Assembly (NCBI GenBank): GCA_944390715.1
Contig: CALXQS010000007.1
Location: 21,467-85,466 of the forward strand
DNA length: 64,000 nucleotides
From: an uncultured Duodenibacillus sp.
Lineage (GTDB): Bacteria; Pseudomonadota; Gammaproteobacteria; Burkholderiales; Burkholderiaceae_F
Direction of reading: 5' to 3'
Below the pieces are notes generated by a model, which ran no database searches, was not told where the DNA came from, and saw nothing but the letters and a program-made list of their open reading frames with translations. This document shows positions 29,216-39,299 of this stretch, piece by piece. Position 1 is the stretch's first letter. Each line of letters opens with the position of its first letter. The position numbers and the translations under genes are program-made.

Positions 29216-29821
29216 TTAACGACGCATGACCTTCTCGGACGGCGTCATGGAATCAATAAAGGAATTGCGCGAGAAGACGGTTTCAGCGTACTTCAGCAAT
29301 GGAGCCGCCGTCTTGGGCAGTTCGATGCCGTAGATGCCCAGACGCCACAAGAGCGGAGCAAGCGTGATGTCGAGCATCGTAAAGTCGTCGCCCATCAGAT
29401 ATTTGTTCTTGGAGAGAATGGGCGAGAGCTGCACGAGTTGTTCGCGGATCTGCTGGCGCGCAAGGGCCTTGCGCCGCTCGTCGACATCTCGCTTTTCGAG
29501 GAAGCGCACGAAACCAAACAGCTCGCGTTCGAAGGTGTAGATGAACAAGCGGGCGCGTGCACGCATAATCGGATCCGCGGGCATGAGCTGCGGATGCGGG
29601 AAGCGTTCGTCAATGTATTCGTTGATGATGTTCGACTGATAAAGGGTCAGGTCCCGCTCAATGAGAATCGGCACTTCGCCATAGGGGTTCAGAGCATCAA
29701 TTTCCGGCGGCTTGTTGTTGACGTCAACGTCAATTACCTCAAAATCGCCGCCCTTCTCATAGAGAACAAAGCGGCAGCGGTGGGAAAAAGGGCAGGTCGT
29801 ACCGGAATATAAAGTCATCAT
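29216..29821 (-). CDS. sspA: Stringent starvation protein A
   Basis: MMTLYSGTTCPFSHRCR, ERFPHPQLMPADP, MTPSEKVMRR. Confidence 0.95.
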   Translation of the reverse strand: MMTLYSGTTCPFSHRCRFVLYEKGGDFEVIDVDVNNKPPEIDALNPYGEVPILIERDLTLYQSNIINEYIDERFPHPQLMPADPIMRARARLFIYTFERELFGFVRFLEKRDVDERRKALARQQIREQLVQLSPILSKNKYLMGDDFTMLDITLAPLLWRLGIYGIELPKTAAPLLKYAETVFSRNSFIDSMTPSEKVMRR

Positions 29822-29975
29822 GATGTCGAAAATTCCCTTAAAAGCAAACGCCTGAGAAGAGCATGCAGAAAGACCCAGGCGCCATAACTCAAGATCCGCA
29901 ATTTTAAATAAAATGTCGATTTTTCGCTCGAAACAGGCAATAACCCACTGATATCAAAAGGAAAAGGATTTTTCC

Positions 29976-30467
29976 ATGAAAAACTTCATCAAGGAATTTC
30001 AGGCCTTTATTTCCCGCGGCAATGTGCTTGATCTTGCCGTTGCCGTGATCATCGGCGCGGCTTTTTCCGCGATCGTCAACAGCCTCGTCAAGGACATCAT
30101 CAATCCGCTGCTGGGCTTTTTCGTCGGACGACCTGATTTCACAAACCTGTTTGTTGTTTTGCAAAAGCCTGCCGACTATGCCGGTCCGATGACTTATGAG
30201 GCGCTGACAAAGGCCGGAGCTACGGTTTTTGGCTATGGAGCATTTTTGACAGCCGTGGTGCAGTTTATGCTTTTGGCCTTTGTGATTTTCTGGTTGATCA
30301 AGGTTGTGACGGGGGCAAGAAGCAAGCTTGAGGCGGCGCTCAAAAAGGAGGAAGAGAAAAAAGCAGAGCAAAAAGCCGCCAAACCCGCTCCCGTTCCTGA
30401 GGATGTTGCGCTTTTGCGTGAAATTCGAGATCTGCTCAAGGCCGATCGCAGGCATGACGGCCAATAA
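29976..30467 (+). CDS. mscL: Large-conductance mechanosensitive channel
   Basis: EFQAFISRGNVLDLAVAVIIGAAF, LLREIRDLLK. Confidence 0.96.
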   Translation: MKNFIKEFQAFISRGNVLDLAVAVIIGAAFSAIVNSLVKDIINPLLGFFVGRPDFTNLFVVLQKPADYAGPMTYEALTKAGATVFGYGAFLTAVVQFMLLAFVIFWLIKVVTGARSKLEAALKKEEEKKAEQKAAKPAPVPEDVALLREIRDLLKADRRHDGQ

Positions 30468-30599
30468 AGCCGATCAGTTTTGCGCCTGAGCCGAACGGCT
30501 GCCGGATCCGGTTCGTCAGACAAGTGCGCAGTGCGAGCGTTTGGATCAGGCGCAGCAGTGAAGTTCTCCGAGAAATTTCTGAATTCGGGCAAAGCATCC

Positions 30600-31346
30600 T
30601 CAAGCAGGGTTGTCGACATCGACGAATTCAACCTGAATGCCGTGTTCACGGGCAATCCATTCGCCGAGCGCCCTGATGCCGAAGCGTTCGGTAGCATGGT
30701 GGCCGCAGGCAAGATAGGCAATGCCAAGTTCGCGCGCCAGATGCGTCGTTCGTTCGCTGATCTCCCCAGAAACAAAGCAGTCGGTGCCGGCCTCGGCGGC
30801 CGCTTCAATCATGTCTTGAGCTGCGCCCGAGCACCAAGCAACACGCTTGATGCGCTTGTCGGCAGGGCCAACGAGAAGCGGTTCGCGTTTTAAATGCCGC
30901 TTGATGCGCTCAGCAAGCGATCTGACGGGAAGTTCCTCTTCGGGCTGTCCAATCCAGCCTAGATTTTCTTCCCCGAAGCGGCCATCGGCGATAAAGCCGA
31001 GCTCTCGGCCAAGCAGTGCGTTGTTGCCTAGTTCGGGATGGTCATCGAGCGGAAGGTGGTAGGCAACCAGACTCATGTCGGCCGACAAAAGCGCAGAGAT
31101 GCGCTTGCGCCGTACGCCCGTGATGCGGGGGTCTTCCCGCTTCCAGAACCAGCCGTGATGCACGAAAACGGCGTCAGCAGAGCGCTCGCGGGCGGCAAGA
31201 ATGAGATCCAGACAGGCGCTCACGCCCGTGACGATGCGCCGCACTTCTTGTCTGCCTTCGACCTGAAGCCCATTGGGCGCATAGTCATGAAACCTTTCTG
31301 GCGTTAGAAGTGCGTTGGTTGATTTGATGAGAGTGTCGAGCTGCAT
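30600..31346 (-). CDS. Nif3-like dinuclear metal-centre protein (YbgI)
   Basis: DYAPNGLQVEG, VHHGWFW, YHLPLDDH, GHHATERFG. Confidence 0.92.
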   Translation of the reverse strand: MQLDTLIKSTNALLTPERFHDYAPNGLQVEGRQEVRRIVTGVSACLDLILAARERSADAVFVHHGWFWKREDPRITGVRRKRISALLSADMSLVAYHLPLDDHPELGNNALLGRELGFIADGRFGEENLGWIGQPEEELPVRSLAERIKRHLKREPLLVGPADKRIKRVAWCSGAAQDMIEAAAEAGTDCFVSGEISERTTHLARELGIAYLACGHHATERFGIRALGEWIAREHGIQVEFVDVDNPA

Positions 31347-31370
31347 GACTGTCAGTCCTTTGCGTCCGAT

Positions 31371-32015
31371 CTAGATTTCATGAAAGATTCTCTTGCGCGG
31401 CCAGCGAGATTTCGGGCGCGAAGCATTGGCGTCGTCTGCGGCACGGTAGCCGAAGCTCACCGCAAAGCAGCTTCTGAGGCCTTTTGAGCGCAGTTCGAGA
31501 ATTTCGTCAAGCAGATCAAAGTCGGCGCCTTCAATGGGAGTGGAGTCAATGCCCATGCTTGCCGCGGCAAAAAGAACAAAGCCTTGTGCGATATAAGCCT
31601 GCCGCATTTCCCAGCTCAGCAGTTCCTGCTCGGAGACGCTGTGGAGACCAACGAAGTGCCGTCGTCCGGCGTCTTGTCCCTGAAGTGCTTCAGTTTTTGC
31701 GTAGCGGCCGTCGGCGGCCTCCTGAGCAAGCAAATCCTGAAGGTACTGCTCGTCGAGTTTTTCATGGACGGCAAAGACAACAACATGGCTTGCGTTGCGC
31801 ACGCGGTCGCGATTGAAGTCGAGAATGGCGGGCATGATCTTGTCGCGGGCTTGGGCCGTGCGGGCAATAAAAAATTCCCAGGGCTGCGAGTTGACCGAAG
31901 ACGGCGACAAGCGCAGAACCTCAAGCAGCGCATCGAAGTCTTCGTCCGAGACGCGCCTTGCCGGATCGTAGTGCTTGGTTGTGTAGCGGGTTCGAGCAAT
32001 CTGCAGAGCGTCCAT
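31371..32015 (-). CDS. Oxygen-insensitive NAD(P)H nitroreductase (NfsB-like)
   Basis: RYTTKHYDP, LSPSSVNSQPWEF, DSTPIEG, PKSRWP. Confidence 0.88.
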   Translation of the reverse strand: MDALQIARTRYTTKHYDPARRVSDEDFDALLEVLRLSPSSVNSQPWEFFIARTAQARDKIMPAILDFNRDRVRNASHVVVFAVHEKLDEQYLQDLLAQEAADGRYAKTEALQGQDAGRRHFVGLHSVSEQELLSWEMRQAYIAQGFVLFAAASMGIDSTPIEGADFDLLDEILELRSKGLRSCFAVSFGYRAADDANASRPKSRWPRKRIFHEI

Positions 32016-32158
32016 GAAAATATCCTCCCAATTGACGTCCGGCTCTGACTGAAGCCAGAGCCCTTGCGGCCGTTTTACATAAAATCAAGCGCGCAATCAA
32101 AGCTCTCAGAGTTTAGCGCAGCCGGAAATCGCGCAGAATCGTTCGCTAGGAGGAGTGC

Positions 32159-32974
32159 TCAGCTTGGCAGTTCGGCGCAGCTCACCCGTTCGTTTCCGCC
32201 CAAATCGCGGACCGTGCGCACGCTGCAAAAACCAGCTTCTGCAAGAAGCTTGCGCACGGCTGCCCCCTGATCGTAGCCGTGTTCGAGAATGAGCGTGCCG
32301 CCGCAGACAAGGTGCGCGGGGGCACCTTTGATGATGCGCCGCAAATCCTCAAGGCCGTCGATGCCGTCAGTGAGCGCCGAAGCAGGCTCAAAACTGAGGT
32401 TTTTCATGTGCTCGTCGTCTGGATCGATATAAGGCGGATTCGAGACAATCAGGTCGAACTTCCGTTCGGCAAGCGCATCAAACCAATTGCTGTGGATGAA
32501 TTCAACCTGTGCGCCCAAACGAGCCGCATTGCCGCGGGCGACCTCAAGCGCTGCGCGGCTGACATCGGCGGCAGAAACTTTGAGCCCGACAGCCTCAAGC
32601 GCCAGAGTGACGGCGATGATGCCGCTTCCCGTGCCAAGGTCTATGCAGGTGCGCGGGTTTTTCTTTTGGATGACTGCAAGAGCCTCTTCGATGAGTGTTT
32701 CAGTGTCAGGACGCGGCACAAGTACGTCGGGCGTGACGGCAAAAGGCCGGCACCAGAATTCGCGAACGCCCGTAATGTAGGCCACAGGACAGCCGCGCGA
32801 GATTTTGTCGACGGCTTCAAGAAACGCCGATTTGATTTCGGCAGAGACCGAAGCCTCAGGGTGCATGATGAGCGCCTCGCGCGTTGTCTGCATGAGGTGC
32901 GCAAGCACGATGCGCGCATCGCTGCGGGAAATGCGGCCGGCAGCGGCCGCCAAAAGCTCCGAGGCTGTGGTCAC
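32159..32974 (-). CDS. prmC: Release factor glutamine methyltransferase
   Basis: LVPRPDTE, DLGTGSG, SNPPYI; downstream of prfA. Confidence 0.95.
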   Translation of the reverse strand: MTTASELLAAAAGRISRSDARIVLAHLMQTTREALIMHPEASVSAEIKSAFLEAVDKISRGCPVAYITGVREFWCRPFAVTPDVLVPRPDTETLIEEALAVIQKKNPRTCIDLGTGSGIIAVTLALEAVGLKVSAADVSRAALEVARGNAARLGAQVEFIHSNWFDALAERKFDLIVSNPPYIDPDDEHMKNLSFEPASALTDGIDGLEDLRRIIKGAPAHLVCGGTLILEHGYDQGAAVRKLLAEAGFCSVRTVRDLGGNERVSCAELPS

Positions 32975-32977
32975 GAT

Positions 32978-34054
32978 TTATTCGCCCATGGCCGCAAGCA
33001 GTTCTGCCTGATGCTCATTGGTAAGTGCCGTGATGATTTCATCAAGATCGCCGTCCATGATCGAATCGAGCTTGTAGAGCGTGAGATTGATGCGGTGATC
33101 GGTGACGCGGCCCTGCGGGTAGTTGTAGGTGCGGATGCGCTCGCTTCGGTCGCCGCTGCCGATCAGGCTCTTGCGGGTGCTTGCCTCCTGTGCGCGCTGC
33201 TTTTCAACTTCAGCTGCATACAGTCGCGAGGCGAGCACGGCCATGGCGCGCTCTTTGTTCTGGCGCTGACTGCGCTCATCCTGGCATTCCACGACCAGAC
33301 CGGTGGGCAGGTGAGTGATGCGCACGGCCGAATCGGTTTTCTGCACGTGCTGACCGCCGGCGCCGGAGGCGCGGTAGACGTCGATGCGCAGGTCGGCGGG
33401 GTTGATTTTGACGGCTTCGACTTCATCGAGTTCGGGCATGACGGCAACGGTGCAGGCCGAGGTGTGGATGCGTCCTGCGGCTTCGGTTTCGGGCACTCTC
33501 TGCACGCGGTGGCCGCCGGACTCGAACTTCAGGCGAGAATAGGCGCCGTCGCCGATAATGCGGCAGATGACTTCACGATATCCGCCAAGGTCAGACTCGT
33601 TTTTGCTGACGATTTCAACCTTCCAGCCTTGACGTTCGGCGTAGCGCATGTACATGCGAAGCAGGTCGCCGGAGAAGAGCGCAGACTCTTCTCCGCCCGT
33701 GCCTGCGCGAATTTCCAGAAAGATGTTGCGAGAATCGTTGGGGTCGCGGGGCAGCAGCAAAACTTCCAGGTCGTGCTCGAGCTCTTCAAGGCGAGCCTTG
33801 CCGGACTTGATTTCTTCTGCGGCAAAATCAGCCATTTCAGGATCGCGAAGCATCTCCTGAGCGTCGGCCATATCGCTTTCAGTTTTGGTGTACTCGCGCA
33901 TCTTGATCGTCACGGGCTCAATTTCAGCGCGCTCGCGCGACAGTTCGCGGAAACGATTCATATCGTCGGCAGCGTCCGGCGCGGCCAGAGTGACGTCAAT
34001 TTCTTCCAGGCGGCGGCAAAGCCCCATGAGTTTGGCTCGAATGCTCTCTTTCAT
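32978..34054 (-). CDS. prfA: Peptide chain release factor 1
   Basis: GAGGQHV (GGQ), RVPETE (PxT), RTYNYPQGR. Confidence 0.97.
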   Translation of the reverse strand: MKESIRAKLMGLCRRLEEIDVTLAAPDAADDMNRFRELSRERAEIEPVTIKMREYTKTESDMADAQEMLRDPEMADFAAEEIKSGKARLEELEHDLEVLLLPRDPNDSRNIFLEIRAGTGGEESALFSGDLLRMYMRYAERQGWKVEIVSKNESDLGGYREVICRIIGDGAYSRLKFESGGHRVQRVPETEAAGRIHTSACTVAVMPELDEVEAVKINPADLRIDVYRASGAGGQHVQKTDSAVRITHLPTGLVVECQDERSQRQNKERAMAVLASRLYAAEVEKQRAQEASTRKSLIGSGDRSERIRTYNYPQGRVTDHRINLTLYKLDSIMDGDLDEIITALTNEHQAELLAAMGE

Positions 34055-34217
34055 TGCAAAAAATCTGATCAGATGATTGGGCCGAAAAAGCGAAAAAAGA
34101 TCGCGAACTAGGCCCGGGCGTTCCGAAGTTTAGCCGCAACGGGCGGCCAATGTGCAAAAAGCGCCTGCAACAGCGCATGCGTGCCAGTCGCAGAAAAAAT
34201 TGTGTGTCGCCCGCAGG

Positions 34218-35507
34218 CTAATAGCCGCGATTTTCGTAGAAGTGGCCGACAATGGTCGTCATGTGCTCGCGCTCTTGCTGCGTGAGTCCTTCGGCGTCGC
34301 GCAGCAATACCGTCGGGTCATGAATCAGCTTGTGCGTGAGGGTGCGCGTGAGCTGATCGAGCACTTCATTGACATCGGCGCCTTTTTCGATCTGATGCGC
34401 AGCGACATGGACGAGATCAAGGCGCATGCGTTCGGCTCTCGAACGAATGCGAGAAATGGCCGGCACGGCAGCCCGCATGGCAAGCCACGCTTCGAATGAC
34501 TGCACGCGCATCGTAATGATGCTCTCGGCCTCAATGACGGCGGCCTGACGGCTCTCACGGCCGGACTGCACGACGGCTCCAAGTTCGTCCATGGAGTAGA
34601 CGTAGACATCGTCGAGTCGGGCGACTTCTACTTCTACATCGCGCGGCACGGCAAGATCGACAATGCACATCGGGCGATGGCGGCGCTCTTTGATGGCGCG
34701 CTCAATCATGCCCAGGCCAATGATCGGCAAAGCCGAGGCGGTGCAGCTGACGATGATGTCGTAGTCGGCAATCTGCTCAGGCAGATCCTGCAGGCGTATG
34801 GCTCGGCCGTTGTACCGTGCGGCAAGATTTTGACCGCGGTCGATGGAGCGGTTGGCAACGGTAATCGATTTGGGCGACTGAGCGCAGAAGTGCGCAGCGC
34901 AAAGCTCAATCATTTCGCCGGCGCCGACAAACAGGATGTTTGAAGACGAGAGGCGCCCGAAGAGCCGCATGGAAAGCCGCACGGCAGCGGCGGCAAGGCT
35001 GACGGAACTCGAACCGATGGCCGTTGTCGAGCGCACTTCCTTGGCTACGGTGAATGCATCTTGAAACAGATGGTTGAGCATCAGACCGAGCCCTTTGGCT
35101 TCGCGAGCCATTTGAACGGCTTTTTTAAACTGACCGACGATCTGCGTCTCACCCAGAACCATTGAATCTATGCCGGAGACAACCCGGTAGATGTGCCGAG
35201 CGGCTTCGCTTTGCACATAGCGGTACGTGTGCGGCTCAAATTGAGACGCACCGACGGACTTCATTTCTTCGATGAGCTTGCTCAGCTCTTCGCCGGCAAT
35301 CTCAGGGTCGCTGACGGCGCAGTAGAACTCGGTGCGGTTGCACGTCGACAGGATCATCGCTTCGGTCAGACCGCCGTGGTCGGCCGCAGCCAGACGCTCC
35401 TTGATCAGGGCAATCGCGCTTTCGATTTCTTCAGCTCCGAAAGCAACGCGTTCGCGCACAGACAAAGGCGCGGTCGTGTGATTGAGGCCAAGACAAAGCA
35501 GCTGCAT
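34218..35507 (-). CDS. hemA: Glutamyl-tRNA reductase
   Basis: GLNHTTAP, LSTCNRTEFY, SMVLGETQI, GAGEM, DLAVPRD. Confidence 0.97.
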   Translation of the reverse strand: MQLLCLGLNHTTAPLSVRERVAFGAEEIESAIALIKERLAAADHGGLTEAMILSTCNRTEFYCAVSDPEIAGEELSKLIEEMKSVGASQFEPHTYRYVQSEAARHIYRVVSGIDSMVLGETQIVGQFKKAVQMAREAKGLGLMLNHLFQDAFTVAKEVRSTTAIGSSSVSLAAAAVRLSMRLFGRLSSSNILFVGAGEMIELCAAHFCAQSPKSITVANRSIDRGQNLAARYNGRAIRLQDLPEQIADYDIIVSCTASALPIIGLGMIERAIKERRHRPMCIVDLAVPRDVEVEVARLDDVYVYSMDELGAVVQSGRESRQAAVIEAESIITMRVQSFEAWLAMRAAVPAISRIRSRAERMRLDLVHVAAHQIEKGADVNEVLDQLTRTLTHKLIHDPTVLLRDAEGLTQQEREHMTTIVGHFYENRGY

Positions 35508-35665
35508 AAAAGTTAAGAATTCCTCTGGATGCGGAGTGCAGGACGACCGAAGTCGCGGCCAGCACGAGCCGCAAAAAAGGGCTTATAGATTGATGGTGCG
35601 AACAGCGGATTATAAGAACGGAAAGGTTTTGAAAAACTTAAGAGGAAAAAAGTTGCATAAAAAGC

Positions 35666-35694
35666 TTGCAAAACAAAAAATGTGCTGGTATAGT
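35666..35694 (+). promoter_or_regulatory. Sigma70 promoter of tRNA-Phe
   Basis: TTGCAA-17 nt-TATAGT with extended -10 TG, ending 15 nt before the tRNA. Confidence 0.7.
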
Positions 35695-35709
35695 TCCGAT
35701 CTCTCGCGT

Positions 35710-35785
<76 letters not shown>

Positions 35786-35794
35786 TATCAAATC

Positions 35795-35817
35795 AACCAC
35801 CTTCGGGTGGTTTTTTT
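35795..35817 (+). terminator. Intrinsic terminator after tRNA-Phe
   Basis: aaccacc-TTCG-ggtggtt followed by a T-run. Confidence 0.85.
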
Positions 35818-35912
35818 GTGCCTGTTGCCTGAAGTGGCATGGAGTTCTGCGGACGTCTCGTCATGCATCAGCTCGACGCATTCAGACGCCCGCTCAATGT
35901 CTTTTGAGATGT

Positions 35913-36743
35913 TCAGTCGGCAACAGAGCCCGGAATAACCGGCTTGACGCCGAGCTCAGCCGCTTTTCGAGCAAGCCGCACGAAGGCATCCAGATCAAGC
36001 GTTTCGGCGCGAGCCTGCGGATTCACGTCGGCTGCTTCAATGTCCTCAGCGCTCATCAGCACGGAGAGCGCATTGCGAAGCGTTTTTCTCCTTTGACTGA
36101 AAGCGTTGGCTACAACCGAAGAAAAAAGGTCAGCATCAACAGCCGGCACCTGCGCAGGGTCTTTGGGCGTCATGCGCACCACTGAGCTCACCACCTTCGG
36201 GGGCGGGTTGAATGCTCCGGGAGGCACATCAAACAGCTTGGTCATGTGATAGCGCCACTGCAGCATGACGGACAGCCGGCCGTACGTTTTGCTGCCGGGG
36301 GCGGCAACCATTCGGTCAACGACTTCGCGCTGCAGCATGAAGTGCTGATCGCGGACGTGATCAGCTGCTCGCATTAGGGCAAAAAGCAGGGGAGAAGAAA
36401 TGTTGTAGGGAAGATTTCCCACAATGCGAAGCGTTCCTGTCTGTTCGGCGAGGGCTTTCCAGTCAAGCGTCAGAGCATCGGCCTCAATGAGCGTGAGCTG
36501 CTCGGGGGAAAACTGCTCTTTGAGCCATGCCGCGAGATCTCGGTCAATTTCAACGGCACGCACGTGTCCGGCTCCTGCTATGAGCTCGCGGGTAAGCGCG
36601 GCCTGACCCGGCCCAATTTCAATGATGTTGTCGCCCAAGCGGGGGGCGACGGCTTTGGCGATGCGCCCGATCCAATGAACGTCGTGCAAAAAGTTCTGCC
36701 CAAAGCGTTTTCTTGCTTTGTGTCCTTGAAGGCCTTGCTGCAT
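35913..36743 (-). CDS. rsmA: 16S rRNA m6,2A dimethyltransferase
   Basis: ARKRFGQNFL, EIGPG, GNLPYNIS, QRRKTLRN. Confidence 0.96.
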   Translation of the reverse strand: MQQGLQGHKARKRFGQNFLHDVHWIGRIAKAVAPRLGDNIIEIGPGQAALTRELIAGAGHVRAVEIDRDLAAWLKEQFSPEQLTLIEADALTLDWKALAEQTGTLRIVGNLPYNISSPLLFALMRAADHVRDQHFMLQREVVDRMVAAPGSKTYGRLSVMLQWRYHMTKLFDVPPGAFNPPPKVVSSVVRMTPKDPAQVPAVDADLFSSVVANAFSQRRKTLRNALSVLMSAEDIEAADVNPQARAETLDLDAFVRLARKAAELGVKPVIPGSVAD

Positions 36744-36766
36744 AGCTATCCGTTTTTGAAGAATTA

Positions 36767-37747
36767 TCAGTGCGCTCCGACAGTGTGTGCGCACATCTGT
36801 CGGGCAAGTTCAATGGCGCTCAAAAGGCTGCCCTCATCGGCTATTGATTTGCCGGCAATATCGAGCGCCGTTCCGTGATCGACCGAGGTGCGGATCCACG
36901 GCAATCCAAGCGTGACATTGATGCCCTGCCCGAAGCCTTCGCGCTTTAGGGCGGGCAGTCCTTGATCGTGGTACATGCACAGTATGGCATCAAAGCCGGC
37001 AGCGCGGTGCTTGACGAACACGGCGTCAGCAGGCCACGGGCCCTCGCAGCAAATCGCGCGGGCCCGCGCCCGCTCAATGGCCGGGGCAATGACCTCGATT
37101 TCCTCCGTGCCCATATGTCCGGATTCTCCTGCATGGGGGTTAAGTCCGGTGACGGCAATGCGCGGGTGCATGCAGCCAGTCATCTGTATGAGCCCTTTGT
37201 GCGTGATGTCGATGACCTCATCGAGCAACTGTGCCGTGATGGCTTTCGGAACATCCTTTAGCGGCAGGTGCGTAGTTGCCAGCGCCACGCGCAGCGCCTT
37301 GGGGCCGGCACCAGACATGAGCATCATGACCACGCGCTTGACGCCGCTGAGGCTGGCAAAGAATTCCGTGTGTCCAGTAAATTCAAGTCCAGCTTCGCTG
37401 ATGATGCTTTTTTGCACGGGACCTGTAACAACGGCGCTGTAGTGCCCGTCAAGCGCACCAAGCGCGGCGCAGCGGAGCATTTCAACTACGCAGGAGGCAT
37501 TGCGTACATCCAGCCTGCCGGGAACAACCGGAGCGGCAAGCTGGATGTCGCGAACGGAAAAATTTTCGGGCAGCCGGCGCGACAGTCCCAGTGCAAGCGC
37601 CGTTTGCTCGAGCAGTGCGGCTGGTCCAATGAGCTCATAGCGGCAACCGTCGCAAGCCAGCCTGCGGGCAGCCTTAAGAATGATTTCGGGACCGATGCCG
37701 GCAGGTTCGCCCATGGTAATGGCAATCGGTGTAGCGCGTGCAGACAT
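36767..37747 (-). CDS. pdxA: 4-hydroxythreonine-4-phosphate dehydrogenase
   Basis: GEPAGIGPE, GHTEF, LNPHAGE, MYHDQG, RTSVDHGTA. Confidence 0.95.
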   Translation of the reverse strand: MSARATPIAITMGEPAGIGPEIILKAARRLACDGCRYELIGPAALLEQTALALGLSRRLPENFSVRDIQLAAPVVPGRLDVRNASCVVEMLRCAALGALDGHYSAVVTGPVQKSIISEAGLEFTGHTEFFASLSGVKRVVMMLMSGAGPKALRVALATTHLPLKDVPKAITAQLLDEVIDITHKGLIQMTGCMHPRIAVTGLNPHAGESGHMGTEEIEVIAPAIERARARAICCEGPWPADAVFVKHRAAGFDAILCMYHDQGLPALKREGFGQGINVTLGLPWIRTSVDHGTALDIAGKSIADEGSLLSAIELARQMCAHTVGAH

Positions 37748-37853
37748 GCTCTCGATAGAAAAACAAGTTAAAGAAAGAAAAAGGGCGCCGCGCGTGAAAC
37801 TAAATGAGTCGCGGCGCCCGAAGGCATCTTAGTGTCAAACGCTGCCGGCGTTC

Positions 37854-39299
37854 TCAGAGCGCGTCGCGGCGTATTTCGACATAAGCTCGGTCGCGCAGCT
37901 CACGCTGCCAGTTGTAGACGGCTTCGGCGAGTTTTTTCTCGCGCAGCGCCATGCGTGCTGCCAGACGCGAACGGTCGGCGCTGGCCTGAGCCTTTCGGCG
38001 CTCAAGGACCTGAATCAGATGGTAGCCGTACTGCGTGCGGATCGGCTCAGAGATCTGACCGGGAGCAAGCTTGTTCATTTCAGCTTCGAATTCCGGAACG
38101 GATTCGCCGGGGCTGATCCAGCCGATGTCGCCGCCGCGAGTGGCGGAATTGTCAACGGACGTGAGCCGCGCCATGGTGGCAAAATCGGCTGCGCCGTTTT
38201 CGATGCGGTGCTTGATGTCGTTGAGGCGAGAGACGACTTCGCTTTCCGGCGTCAAGTCAGAGACGAACATCAGGATGTGGCGCACGTGCGTCTGTTCGAC
38301 GGGAGCGCCGGCGAGCTTGGCCTTGACGCCGTCACGGTTGTCCAAAAGCTTGATGACGTGAAAGGCGCCGCTTGAGCGCACCACGGTGACGTATCCTCGC
38401 TGCGTGCGATGCTCTTCAATTGCCTTCCAGAACAGGCTCGGCAGCTTGCTGGCGTCGCGCCAGCCCAGATCGCCGCCTGACATGGCGTCCTCGGCTTTGG
38501 AATTGGCAGCGGCAAGCGAAGAGAAATCGGCCCCTTCGCGGGCTTCGTCGGCCAAACGCTCGGCAAGATCGCCGACATCGTCGGCTTCGCTGTCAGAGGC
38601 TCCTGAAGGAATCGGCAGCAGAATATGCTGCATGTGGTACTCCTGCGTGTCGCCGCTCGTAAAGCCAGCCTGCTCGGCAAGATAGGCGTCGACTTCGCTT
38701 TCGGGGATCGTCAGCTTTCTGTCGACTTCCCGCTCGCGCAGGCGCTGCGCGACAATCTCATCCTTGACCTGTCCGCGAAAAGCTGAAAAGCTCACGCCGT
38801 CTGCCGAGAGCCGATCGCGAAGCTCATCGACGGTGAGCTTGTTGTTGCGGGCGATCTGCTCGATCGAGGCCGTCACCATGCGTTCATCAACGCGAATGCC
38901 CAGTTCCTTGGCACGCTGATCAAGACACTTTTCCATGATGAGGCGCTCGAGCACTTGGCGGCGCAGCTCAGGCATCGGAGGCAGATTGATGTTTTGCTGG
39001 CGCAGGTTGATGGCAACCTGGCGTACGCGGTTTTGCAGCTCGTACTCGGTGACGACGTCGGTGTTGACGACGGCAACCACGCGGTCGACATATTGCAGCG
39101 TGCTCTGCGAAGCGCGCTGCTGCACATCGGTTGCCGTCGGCTGCGCATCTGGGGCCGGTGCGGCGGCGGGAGCCGCAGAGGGCATCTGAACAGTTTCCCG
39201 AACGGTGTTGGGCGCATCGGCTGCAACAGCCTGGCCGAAGATTAAAAGGCAGGAGGCTGCAAGAGCCGCCCTCGAGCTGCGATTAATAATAGTAGTCAT
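37854..39299 (-). CDS. surA: Periplasmic chaperone/PPIase SurA
   Basis: DRVVAVVN N-domain plus two parvulin domains (GGDLGW, GGDIGW); start overlaps the lptD end. Confidence 0.93.
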   Translation of the reverse strand: MTTIINRSSRAALAASCLLIFGQAVAADAPNTVRETVQMPSAAPAAAPAPDAQPTATDVQQRASQSTLQYVDRVVAVVNTDVVTEYELQNRVRQVAINLRQQNINLPPMPELRRQVLERLIMEKCLDQRAKELGIRVDERMVTASIEQIARNNKLTVDELRDRLSADGVSFSAFRGQVKDEIVAQRLREREVDRKLTIPESEVDAYLAEQAGFTSGDTQEYHMQHILLPIPSGASDSEADDVGDLAERLADEAREGADFSSLAAANSKAEDAMSGGDLGWRDASKLPSLFWKAIEEHRTQRGYVTVVRSSGAFHVIKLLDNRDGVKAKLAGAPVEQTHVRHILMFVSDLTPESEVVSRLNDIKHRIENGAADFATMARLTSVDNSATRGGDIGWISPGESVPEFEAEMNKLAPGQISEPIRTQYGYHLIQVLERRKAQASADRSRLAARMALREKKLAEAVYNWQRELRDRAYVEIRRDAL